Shown here piece after piece: positions 18,001 through 24,829 of a stretch of 64,000 nt of DNA. The notes under the pieces were generated by a model. The model worked only from the letters and a program-made list of their open reading frames with translations, ran no database searches and was not told where the DNA came from. Location: assembly GCA_027493095.1 (NCBI GenBank), contig JAPVXD010000198.1, forward strand, positions 30,253-94,252, read 5' to 3'. Source of the stretch: Candidatus Multivorans azotirespirans. GTDB lineage: Bacteria > Acidobacteriota > Thermoanaerobaculia > Multivoradales > Multivoraceae. A program made the position numbers and the translations under genes. The stretch's first letter is position 1; each line of letters begins with the position of its first letter.

Positions 18001-18589
18001 CGGCGAGCCCGATGCCCGCCAGGGCGGCGATCAACCGGTTGTTGCTGACCAGGGAGACCACTTGCACGAAGGCGACGTAGAGGGCTAGCGCCGGCAGTGC
18101 CTCGAGCAGGAGGTAGGCCCAGACCGAACTCCAGAGGGCAGGTTCGCCGACGTACCAGCCGAAGGCGGATCCCGCATGGCCGACCGTCTGGATGAGGATC
18201 ATGGCGGCGAACGCCACCCCCCAAACCATGAGCACGGTGCCGAGGAAGCGGCCGAGGACGAGCTCGGCGTTCGAGTAGGGCCGGGTGTCGAGCACTTCGA
18301 TGACGCGGTCACGACGGTCGCGGGCGCGCAGGTCGAAGGCGAGGAAGACGACCCCGAGCCCCAGGATCGTCGTCTGGAACTGGGCGGTCTGACTGAGCAG
18401 GAACTTGGGACTTATCGAACCGATCGTGGCGGAGAAGGACGAGAAGAGCCCGTGGATTACCCAGTAGTAGCCGTAGCTCACCAGGCAGGTGAGGATCGCG
18501 AGGCCCGAGAACAGCCAGAAGCGGAACAGGCGGCGAGTGGTCCGCATCTCGGTTCGGGCCAGCGACCAGACGTGGTCAAGCGAGATCAC
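15056..18589 (-). CDS. ABC-2 family permease fused to a ~880-aa extracytoplasmic domain with degenerate M1-aminopeptidase-like motifs
   Basis: N-terminal ~300 aa has 6 TM helices. The C-terminal domain contains GGNLEAGGIRNVF (resembles the GAMEN exopeptidase motif) followed ~25 aa later by ALEALCHNLVNQ where M1 enzymes have HExxH; both zinc ligands are replaced. GTG start overlaps the ATPase stop (GTGA). Confidence 0.7.
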   Translation of the reverse strand: MISLDHVWSLARTEMRTTRRLFRFWLFSGLAILTCLVSYGYYWVIHGLFSSFSATIGSISPKFLLSQTAQFQTTILGLGVVFLAFDLRARDRRDRVIEVLDTRPYSNAELVLGRFLGTVLMVWGVAFAAMILIQTVGHAGSAFGWYVGEPALWSSVWAYLLLEALPALALYVAFVQVVSLVSNNRLIAALAGIGLAAGSTFLTFRIPVYLLPPLALNGGFISNISEVAPQIWTAFNFVNRGSFALLAAGLLATAVAIHPRLDDAKRRLWGVAGGAGLAAGAVLIFTAITWSGNQIAERDAWRAAHEERRAEAIVDLQTIRGSVGIERGGRLALDLEVHFLPATGSGAMFSLNPGLRVEGVWNAAGEALDFEHENGLLDVHLGSTPPAGQVTGIRVRASGRPDLRFAYLDSAIDYNTGEWQDAQIVMLGSLSGSVERGHVALPASLAWLPRPGASVGADDPRRRSRDFFELDLEVRTPSGWTVAGPGMAELTGESQRFAPAGPVPEVMLVAGRFDRRTTQVEGVEVELLFHPNHLRNLDFFADARAEIEKVAADRFATARELGMPYPYRQFSLVEVPWTLRSYGGGWRMDTERAPPGMLLISESSLPTARFEFRFRNPERFEDEEGGLPRAKANGLQQFFRLDYSGGNLEAGGIRNVFLYQTGARGPEALALEALCHNLVNQLVNGGESYFSAHLFDREFGWTMANVMQGGFTGQFAAGGGSAASGIVKALTDRPGVWDAVLSSSLTDMDVEENPKQAVNALYLKTSALATAILDGAGRERTAAMIANLLRDHRGSTFTAADLHSAAEEAGVDLPGLVGDFLHQTDLPGFLVSPAQLERLPDDDQGGPQYQTRLFVRNGEAAPGLFRLRYAVRAPGGARWDSSEPVLIPGHTTVEFGLVTSRPPGTMLASPYLSLNRREFSIELPRLDDEAISDSEPLRGVRPADWTPAFLDGGAGTIVVDDLDPGFSVETDEAEANGMRLQGGLAGIFAPTLETDQGLPVYSIFGGTPADWSRYEQPSSWGRYRRTTALIAQGDGGRRATYTAQLPEAGRWRVEMHVPSLSPVPGGGQVRREVRIGNEGDRPRDGGDGVQVNVSFGLNLGTYDLELRNAGSSRPIDFDAQGAGIGWAVLGDFDLAPGTVELELSNDTTGNVVAADAVRFVRLDNGAGADPTGGGGAP

Positions 18590-19572
18590 GGGTGCGCCTC
18601 CTTCCCGGTGCCGTCGTCCACAGGTGGCGGCTCGGCGAAGTCGAGTTCGTCGTGCTCGCCGAAGTGCTCGTCGCTGACCAGAGCCTCCGCTCGGCCGCGG
18701 GCCACCATGAACGCGAGATAGCCCTCCTCGAGGGTGGGCGAGGCGGCGATCCGGGCGCCCTCGGGGACGCCGCCCGGCGCGGCAACCGCGCGGTATGTCG
18801 CCTCGTTCTGGCTGGCGGTGCGCGAGACGATCTCGAAATCGCCTTCGGGCTGCGGCGCGGACATCGGCAGGGTGAGCTCGAAGACCTGGCCCGCGGCTCG
18901 TTCGAGCAACTGTGTCGGCGAGCCCCGAAAAACGACTCGGCCGGCGTCGAGCAGGGCCAGGTCGTTGCAGCCGGTGCCGAGGTCGGCCACGATGTGGGTG
19001 GAGAGGATGATCGTCCGCTCCCGACCCAGCGTGGCCATCAGCTGGCGGAACCGGATGCGCTCCTCAGGGTCCAGGCCGACGGTCGGTTCGTCGACCACGA
19101 GCAGGCGGGGCCGGTGGATCAGGGCCTGCGCGATACCCAGGCGGCGGGTCATGCCGCCGGAGAGCTTCTTCACCTTGCGGTGGGCGACATCGCCGAGGCC
19201 GACGTTGTCGAGAACCGTGTCGACACGCTCGCGCCGGGCCGCGCGATCGTCCAGGCCGGAGAGATCGGCCAGCGTGTCCAGGACTTCCTCGACGCGGTGC
19301 AGCCGCCAGGCGCCGAACTCCTGGGGCAGGTAGCCCAGGTGGGCGCGGACGGCGCGGCGCTCCTTGACGGCGTCGTGGCCGAAGACGGTCACGCTGCCGG
19401 CGGACGGCTTGAGCAGGGTGCAGACGATCCGCATCAACGTGCTCTTGCCGGCCCCGTTCGGTCCGAGCAGACCGAACAGGCCCGCCCCGATCGAGAGGTC
19501 GACCCCGTCGAGGGCGACCGTGCCTCCCTTGTAGACATGCCGAAGACCCTGCACGTCGACAGTCGTGCTCAC
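18586..19572 (-). CDS. ABC transporter ATP-binding protein (ABC-2/DrrA-like), first gene of the cluster
   Basis: Walker A GPNGAGKST, signature LSGGMTRR, Walker B LLVVDEPTVGLD. GAGGAGGAGAG RBS lies 5 nt before the GTG start. It is a paralog of the C-terminal domain of the fusion ORF. Confidence 0.9.
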   Translation of the reverse strand: MSTTVDVQGLRHVYKGGTVALDGVDLSIGAGLFGLLGPNGAGKSTLMRIVCTLLKPSAGSVTVFGHDAVKERRAVRAHLGYLPQEFGAWRLHRVEEVLDTLADLSGLDDRAARRERVDTVLDNVGLGDVAHRKVKKLSGGMTRRLGIAQALIHRPRLLVVDEPTVGLDPEERIRFRQLMATLGRERTIILSTHIVADLGTGCNDLALLDAGRVVFRGSPTQLLERAAGQVFELTLPMSAPQPEGDFEIVSRTASQNEATYRAVAAPGGVPEGARIAASPTLEEGYLAFMVARGRAEALVSDEHFGEHDELDFAEPPPVDDGTGKEAHP

Positions 19573-19788
19573 GATAGCTCTCCTCCTCGCTGTCTATACG
19601 GTTGTCGGCGGGGCTTGGTTTACTCGCGCGCGTCGATTGCCTGGCAGTGCCTACCGTAGCGCCTTTCCGTTCCGTGAAACCGGATCGTGTTCGCCAGCGT
19701 AAACTGAGTAGTCGTATAGTATGTCGCGCAAGGCGGGCTGACTGCGCCCGCCAACAACGCTGGACACCAGACCTCACGGAGACCTCGA
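19573..19788. promoter_or_regulatory. Divergent promoter/operator region between the transporter cluster and the cytochrome-monooxygenase-like gene
   Basis: At 216 bp this is the least GC-rich stretch nearby. It contains inverted repeats CTATACG...CGTATAG about 105 bp apart, GTTTACTC/TACTCAGTTTAC, and the GC hairpin GCGGGCTGACTGCGCCCGC (19733-19751). Confidence 0.4.
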
Positions 19789-21267
19789 ATGAACCGTCCC
19801 CAGATCTCGTCCGTGACCCGGCTGCTCGCCCTCGGCGCCCTCGCTTCGCTGGCCCTTGCCGGCGCTGCCTCGGCTGCCGCGGTCGACCCCGAGCCGATTA
19901 CCTTCTACGCTGACGTGGCGGCCGTGCTGCAGCAGGAATGCCAGGTCTGCCACCGTCCCAACGGCGCCAACCTCGGCGGCATGGTGGCGCCGATGGCGCT
20001 CACGACCTACGAAGAGACGCGTCCCTGGGCGCGCTCGATCGCGCGCCAGGTCGCGACGCGGGCGATGCCTCCGTGGGACGCCGCGCCCGAGCACAACGGC
20101 GTCTTCGCCAACGAGCGCACGCTGACCCAGAAGCAGATCGATCTCCTCGTCCGCTGGGCCGAATCCGGCGCTCCCGCGGGCGATCCCGCGGACGCTCCGG
20201 CGCCGATCGAGTGGCCGAGCAGCGACGGCTGGCTGATCGGGGAGCCCGACCTCGTCCTCCAGTTCGACGAGCCCTACTTCGTCGAGGACGACGTCGATGA
20301 TCTCTACATCTACTTCAAGACGAGTGTGACCGACGAGATGATCCCGGAAGACCGCTACGTCAAGGCGATCGAGTTCCGGCCCGGCAGTTCGGCGGTTCAC
20401 CACATCATCGTCCCCGGCCTGGGTGGCATCGCCCCGGGCAACGACCCGGTGATCCACACGGACGGCATGGCCGACGTGCTGAAGGCGGGCCGCGATCTGC
20501 AGTGGCAGATGCACTACCACAAGGAGCCCGGCGAGGGCACCGGCGTGTGGGATCAGTCCTCGGTGGCGCTCAAGTTCTACGACAAGGACGAGGACGTGAA
20601 GTACGAGGTCTTCAACGCCGACATGGGCAAGTACGACTTCGCCGTGCCGCCGGGCGCCTCGGACTACACGATCCAGACCGAGTGGACGTTCCCTTCGGAC
20701 TCCGAGATCGTCGGCTACCTGCCGCACATGCACCTGCGCGGCAAGGCGGCCAAGTACGAGGCCTACTACCCGGACGGCAGCCACGAAGTCCTGCTCGACG
20801 TGCCGAACTACGACTTCAACTGGCAGACCACCTACAAGTACAAGGAACGCAAGAAGATGCCGGCCGGCACTCGCGTGGTCCTGACCACGGTGTTCGACAA
20901 CTCGGAGAACAACCCGGCCAACCCGGACCCGACCGCGACGGTCCGCTGGGGCGAGCCGACGACGGATGAGATGAGCTTCGGCTTCGTGTCGTACATCAAC
21001 GAGGAGAACAAGGGGCGCGGCGCCTTCCAGGGCGACGACGGCCTCGACCTGACGGCGGTCGTCGCGTTTTCCGACGACAGCCGCGACGGCAAGATGCAGC
21101 TCGAAGAGGCTCCTGGCGGGGTCAAGCAGTACTTCGAGATGATGGACCAGAACAAGGACGGCGCCGTCGACATGGAGGAGGCGAAGGCCGCCAACGCCTT
21201 CCTCAAGCAGATGGCCGAGCAGCGGGAGAAGGCTGAGGCCGCGGCTGCCGGAGCCGCCGGCGGCTAG
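19789..21267 (+). CDS. Secreted c-type cytochrome (PSCyt1-like domain) fused to a copper type II ascorbate-dependent monooxygenase-like (PHM/DBH-like) domain with a C-terminal EF-hand
   Basis: GGAGA RBS and signal peptide are present. CQVCH haem-binding motif sits in a PSCyt1-like context (…MPPW…IDLLVRWAESGAP). HH (SAVHHIIV), HMH (LPHMHLRG) and a distal Met are arranged like the CuH/CuM sites. DQNKDGAVDMEE matches the EF-hand loop consensus. Confidence 0.7.
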   Translation: MNRPQISSVTRLLALGALASLALAGAASAAAVDPEPITFYADVAAVLQQECQVCHRPNGANLGGMVAPMALTTYEETRPWARSIARQVATRAMPPWDAAPEHNGVFANERTLTQKQIDLLVRWAESGAPAGDPADAPAPIEWPSSDGWLIGEPDLVLQFDEPYFVEDDVDDLYIYFKTSVTDEMIPEDRYVKAIEFRPGSSAVHHIIVPGLGGIAPGNDPVIHTDGMADVLKAGRDLQWQMHYHKEPGEGTGVWDQSSVALKFYDKDEDVKYEVFNADMGKYDFAVPPGASDYTIQTEWTFPSDSEIVGYLPHMHLRGKAAKYEAYYPDGSHEVLLDVPNYDFNWQTTYKYKERKKMPAGTRVVLTTVFDNSENNPANPDPTATVRWGEPTTDEMSFGFVSYINEENKGRGAFQGDDGLDLTAVVAFSDDSRDGKMQLEEAPGGVKQYFEMMDQNKDGAVDMEEAKAANAFLKQMAEQREKAEAAAAGAAGG

Positions 21268-21339
21268 CAAGCCTCTACGCTGGTCCGCTCAACCGAACCG
21301 CCGGCGCGCCGCAAGGCCGCCGGCGGTTCTGCGTTATGG

Positions 21340-21420
21340 GGAGGCCACACACTGGGTGCGCCGGCGCTTCTGCTTCTGGGGGCGCCACACACTGGGTGCG
21401 CCGGCGTCCCCGCCGGCTGT
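21340..21420. repeat. REP-like intergenic repeat, locus A (two tandem copies of the GCCACACACTGGGTGCGCCGGCG core)
   Basis: Core ACTGGGTGCGCCGGCGTCCCCGCCGGC (stem GCCGGCG/CGCCGGC) lies between convergent genes and is also found at 53742-53768 and, inverted, at 61872-61898. Confidence 0.6.
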
Positions 21421-21460
21421 AGGCGCGATGCCGCGAAGCGGCGAGCCCGAGCCGACTCTC

Positions 21461-22228
21461 TTACATCCCGTACGCGTATCGAACCGCCGCCGCGGCCAGC
21501 AACCTCGCAGGGTCCAGCAGCGGCCTCCTCGCCACCTCGGCCCCCTCAAGCGCCAACGGAATCTCCGTACACCCCGCGACCAGCACGTCGACTTCCGCCT
21601 CATCGACTAGCCGCGCAGCTGCCTCCTCAAGCAACGCCCGCGCCGCTTCCGACCCGCCATCCGTCTTGATCCCGCCGCCCCGGTGCCGCCCATCGAACCA
21701 GGGCCCGTAGATCGGCTCCATCACGTTGCGTCGCTGCAGCCTCTCGCCGTCCTCCAGGTCGAACGGGCTCACCGGTTGCAATCCGCGCGCCTCCAGTGGA
21801 TCGTGGTACAGCCGCGAGCGCAGCGTCCCGGATGTGGCGAGCAGTCCCACGGAACCGCTCGGCGCGACCTGGGCGGCCTCGTCGGCCGTCACCTCGATCA
21901 GGCTGAGAATCGGCACCGGGCTCTCTTCGCGCAGTCGCTCGAGGAACAGGTGAGCCGTGTTGCAGGCGACGACCGCGAAGTCGGCACCTGCGCCTCGCAG
22001 CCTCTCCAGGCTCCGACCGAGCGACGGTGTCGGGTCATCCGTCTTCCCGAAGTACGCTTCCGTCCGGTCCGGCGTTTGCGGGATGCTTGAGAGCACCCAC
22101 TGCGGGAAGTCCTGGTCGCGACGGGCGCCGACCAGTTCGCTCGCCGCGTCCAGGAGTTTCCGCTCGAAGTCGATGTGGGCGAACGGCCCCAGGCCGCCGA
22201 CGATCCCGATCAACCGCTGTTGACGCAT
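21461..22228 (-). CDS. Aspartate/glutamate/hydantoin racemase family protein
   Basis: LIGIVGGLGP N-terminus and VVACNTAH/GCTE motifs typical of Asp/Glu racemases. Confidence 0.8.
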   Translation of the reverse strand: MRQQRLIGIVGGLGPFAHIDFERKLLDAASELVGARRDQDFPQWVLSSIPQTPDRTEAYFGKTDDPTPSLGRSLERLRGAGADFAVVACNTAHLFLERLREESPVPILSLIEVTADEAAQVAPSGSVGLLATSGTLRSRLYHDPLEARGLQPVSPFDLEDGERLQRRNVMEPIYGPWFDGRHRGGGIKTDGGSEAARALLEEAAARLVDEAEVDVLVAGCTEIPLALEGAEVARRPLLDPARLLAAAAVRYAYGM

Positions 22229-22256
22229 GGAGGGTTGCCTGCTGGCTTCGGGAGAC

Positions 22257-23771
22257 TCAGGGCTGATCTGCTGGCGGTGGCCGGATCGCTCCGGGCCGCA
22301 ACCGGGGCAGGCTCGGGTGGCGCGGCGCGCCGCCGAGGTACGGGTACTCGTCGAAGGCGTCGCCGCCGCCAGTGGCGCGAGGGTCGCCGGTAGCCCGCAG
22401 GCGCTCCATCAGCCGCGCGCCAAGCTCGTCCCGGGTTGCCTCGTAGTCCGGGTCGCCGGCGACGTTCACCTGCTGCTCCGGGTCGTTGCGCAGGTCGTAG
22501 AGCTCGACCGCGGGCCGCTTGCCGAACGCCAGTTCGTAGAGCCGCCGGTGCTCGGCGTCCCGGTCCCGCTGCTCGATCATGTAGGTCTTCGTCGGCCCGT
22601 TGTCCGTGTCGGCGTACCAGGCGCCCGGGTAGGCGGCCTGTTCGTGGTTCGGCGTGCCGTTGGGCCAGCGATCGGGCCGGAAGTTGCGGATGTAGAGGAA
22701 GTCGTGCGTACGGATCGCGCGGCCGGGATAACCGCCCACGTCGGGCGCTTCCTGTGCCGGTACGTGCCGTTCCTTGCCGGTCAGCACGAAGTCGCGTCCG
22801 TCGGCCGCGACCACCGCTTCGACTGCGGCCTCGTCGTCGCCGGCTTCGAGCAGCGCCATCAGACTGCGTCCGGTCATGGCCGCCGGGCGCGGAAGGCCCG
22901 CCGCTTCCAGGAACGTCGGTGCCAGGTCGGTCAGGCTGACGAAGGCGTTGACCTCGACACCGGCCGCGAGCCGTTCGGGCCAGCGGATCGCCAGCGGCAC
23001 CCGCGACCCGCAGTCGTAGAGGTTGCTCTTGCAGCGCGGGAAGGGCATGCCGTGGTCGCTCGTCATCACGACGATCGTCGTCTCCGCGAGACCCTGCTCG
23101 TCGAGCAGTCGCAGCGCCTCGCCGACCAGGGCATCGAAGCGCTGCACCTCCCAGTGGTAGTCCGCCACGTCGCCGCGGGTGTCCGGGTGATCGGGAAAGG
23201 CGGCGGGAAGCTGGATCGCGTCCAGGTCCATGCCGCTCTCCTCGCCCGACCCGGCCCGGAAGGGACGGTGCGGATCGGACGTGCCCAGCCAGAAGGCGAA
23301 CGGTTGCGCCTCTCCCAGCCCGGCCAGAAACTGCTCGAAGTTCTCGAAGCGCCGTCCGACGAGTTCCCGGTCCTCCGTTTCGGTCCGCCCGGGCCCCCAA
23401 CCCTTCCCCGTCATGCCCGTCCGGTAGCCGGCCGCCCTGAGCAACTCCTGGTACGTCTCGAATCGATCGGGGAAGACGCTCCAGAGGTTCGCGGCGCCCT
23501 CGAGCCGCCAGTGCCACTGCCCGGTGAGGATCGCCCCGCGCGACGGCGTGCAGGACGGCGAGGAGACGTAGGCGTGGTGTGCCAGGGCGCCCTCGCTCGC
23601 GATGCGATCGAATGACGGCGTCTTGACTACCGGGTCGCCGTAGGCGGAAGTGTGCGGCCAGCCCCAGTCGTCGGCGATCGCGAACAGGACGTTCGGAGCG
23701 TCGTGCTGAGCCGTGGCGGCAGGGCCGGTGGCGAGCAGACAGGCTACGAGCAGGCTGGACGGTCGAATCAC
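22257..23771 (-). CDS. Sulfatase (formylglycine-dependent arylsulfatase family), secreted
   Basis: Signal peptide, CTPSRGAILTG (C-x-P-x-R sulfatase signature) and the downstream GKGW/DHG motifs. Confidence 0.9.
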   Translation of the reverse strand: MIRPSSLLVACLLATGPAATAQHDAPNVLFAIADDWGWPHTSAYGDPVVKTPSFDRIASEGALAHHAYVSSPSCTPSRGAILTGQWHWRLEGAANLWSVFPDRFETYQELLRAAGYRTGMTGKGWGPGRTETEDRELVGRRFENFEQFLAGLGEAQPFAFWLGTSDPHRPFRAGSGEESGMDLDAIQLPAAFPDHPDTRGDVADYHWEVQRFDALVGEALRLLDEQGLAETTIVVMTSDHGMPFPRCKSNLYDCGSRVPLAIRWPERLAAGVEVNAFVSLTDLAPTFLEAAGLPRPAAMTGRSLMALLEAGDDEAAVEAVVAADGRDFVLTGKERHVPAQEAPDVGGYPGRAIRTHDFLYIRNFRPDRWPNGTPNHEQAAYPGAWYADTDNGPTKTYMIEQRDRDAEHRRLYELAFGKRPAVELYDLRNDPEQQVNVAGDPDYEATRDELGARLMERLRATGDPRATGGGDAFDEYPYLGGAPRHPSLPRLRPGAIRPPPADQP

Positions 23772-23818
23772 CGCTATCGATCCTAGCGGGCGCTACGGCG
23801 GGCTAGAGTCGTTCGACG

Positions 23819-24676
23819 ATGCGGCTGGCCGTTCGCAACCTGCTTGGACTGCTCTTGCTCCCGGTTCTCTGGCCGGCTCAGGCACCCGCCTTGACCGACG
23901 AGGGAGCCAGGGAGGCCGTTCACCGCTTCATCGAAGCCTGGAACACCCGCGAGCCGTCCGCCTTCGCCGCGACTCTTCAGTACCCGCACGTGCGGCCGAC
24001 CGCGGACTTCGACGGCCGGGTCTTTGCCGACGCCCCGACGTACGCTGCGGCGGTCAACTTCGACCAGGTGCTGGCGACGGGCTGGGATCGGACCCGTCTC
24101 GACTCGGCAACCGTCGTCCAGGCTGGAGAAGGGCAGGCTCACGTCGCAGGGCGGTACACGCGGTTGCGTGCCGACGGCTCGGCCATCTGGAGCAACCAGA
24201 TCACCTACGTGGTGACGGAGCGGGACGGCTCGACCGGGATCCAGGCGAGGCTCGCGGCGGGCCTGGACGACTTGTCGGAGTCGGATCGCGAGGCGAATGC
24301 GGCGGCCGCAGTTGCCGCGGTCCGGAGCTACCTCGCAGCGTTCAACGCCCGTGACGAGGCGGCGATGACGGACGCCATGGAGTTTCCCCACGTTCGCGTA
24401 GGAAGAGGAGGGGTGAGGATCTGGAGTTCCGCCGCGGAGTACAGGGACGGCTTCGACTTCGACGCGTTCGCCGAGCGCCTCGGTTGGGAGCGCTCCGAAG
24501 CGGACTCCATGGAGGCGATCCAGATTGGCGCCAGAGGGGTGAACGTCGCGGTCAGAATCACGCGCTACGGTGCAGGCGGAGCGAAGATCCACAGTTTCGA
24601 CACGGTCTACCTGGTCACGGAATCTGACGGCCGGTGGGGAATCAGGGCCGGCGCCGGCATCGCGCCATCGCCCTGA
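23819..24676 (+). CDS. Secreted protein with two tandem NTF2/SnoaL-like repeats
   Basis: Signal peptide, then an internal duplication: AVHRFIEAWNTREPSAFAATLQYPHVR... and AVRSYLAAFNARDEAAMTDAMEFPHVRV.... Confidence 0.5.
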   Translation: MRLAVRNLLGLLLLPVLWPAQAPALTDEGAREAVHRFIEAWNTREPSAFAATLQYPHVRPTADFDGRVFADAPTYAAAVNFDQVLATGWDRTRLDSATVVQAGEGQAHVAGRYTRLRADGSAIWSNQITYVVTERDGSTGIQARLAAGLDDLSESDREANAAAAVAAVRSYLAAFNARDEAAMTDAMEFPHVRVGRGGVRIWSSAAEYRDGFDFDAFAERLGWERSEADSMEAIQIGARGVNVAVRITRYGAGGAKIHSFDTVYLVTESDGRWGIRAGAGIAPSP

Positions 24677-24689
24677 GGCAGCTTCGTCA

Positions 24690-24827
24690 TGCTGCTGGTC
24701 GCCCTCCTCGTTGCCCTTCTGGTCCTCGGCGTGATCTACGACATCGCCTTGGGGGCCGGCCTGCTGCTCAAGCTGTTCTCGAAGACGCCGGACGGGCCCG
24801 AGCGTCCCCGCTACCGCGGACGCTGAG
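24690..24827 (+). CDS. Possible small hydrophobic protein (45 aa), not in the ORF track
   Basis: ATG...TGA ORF encoding MLLVALLVALLVLGVIYDIALGAGLLLKLFSKTPDGPERPRYRGR, a single TM helix plus a basic tail. It ends 2 nt from the convergent vapC stop. Confidence 0.2.
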
Positions 24828-24829
24828 GA

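Noticed and set aside
21334-21420. Possible CRISPR array (two 23-bp direct repeats with 38-bp periodicity)
   Set aside because: There are only two copies, no regular repeat-spacer architecture and no cas genes anywhere in the window. The same core recurs singly at two other intergenic sites, so it behaves like a REP/MITE-type repeat rather than CRISPR.
22210-23615. ORFs 22210..23517(-), 22227..23615(+) and 22436..22939(+) overlapping the sulfatase gene
   Set aside because: These are alternate-frame or antisense reads of the sulfatase region with Arg/Pro-rich junk translation. The sulfatase frame carries the C-x-P-x-R signature and a signal peptide.
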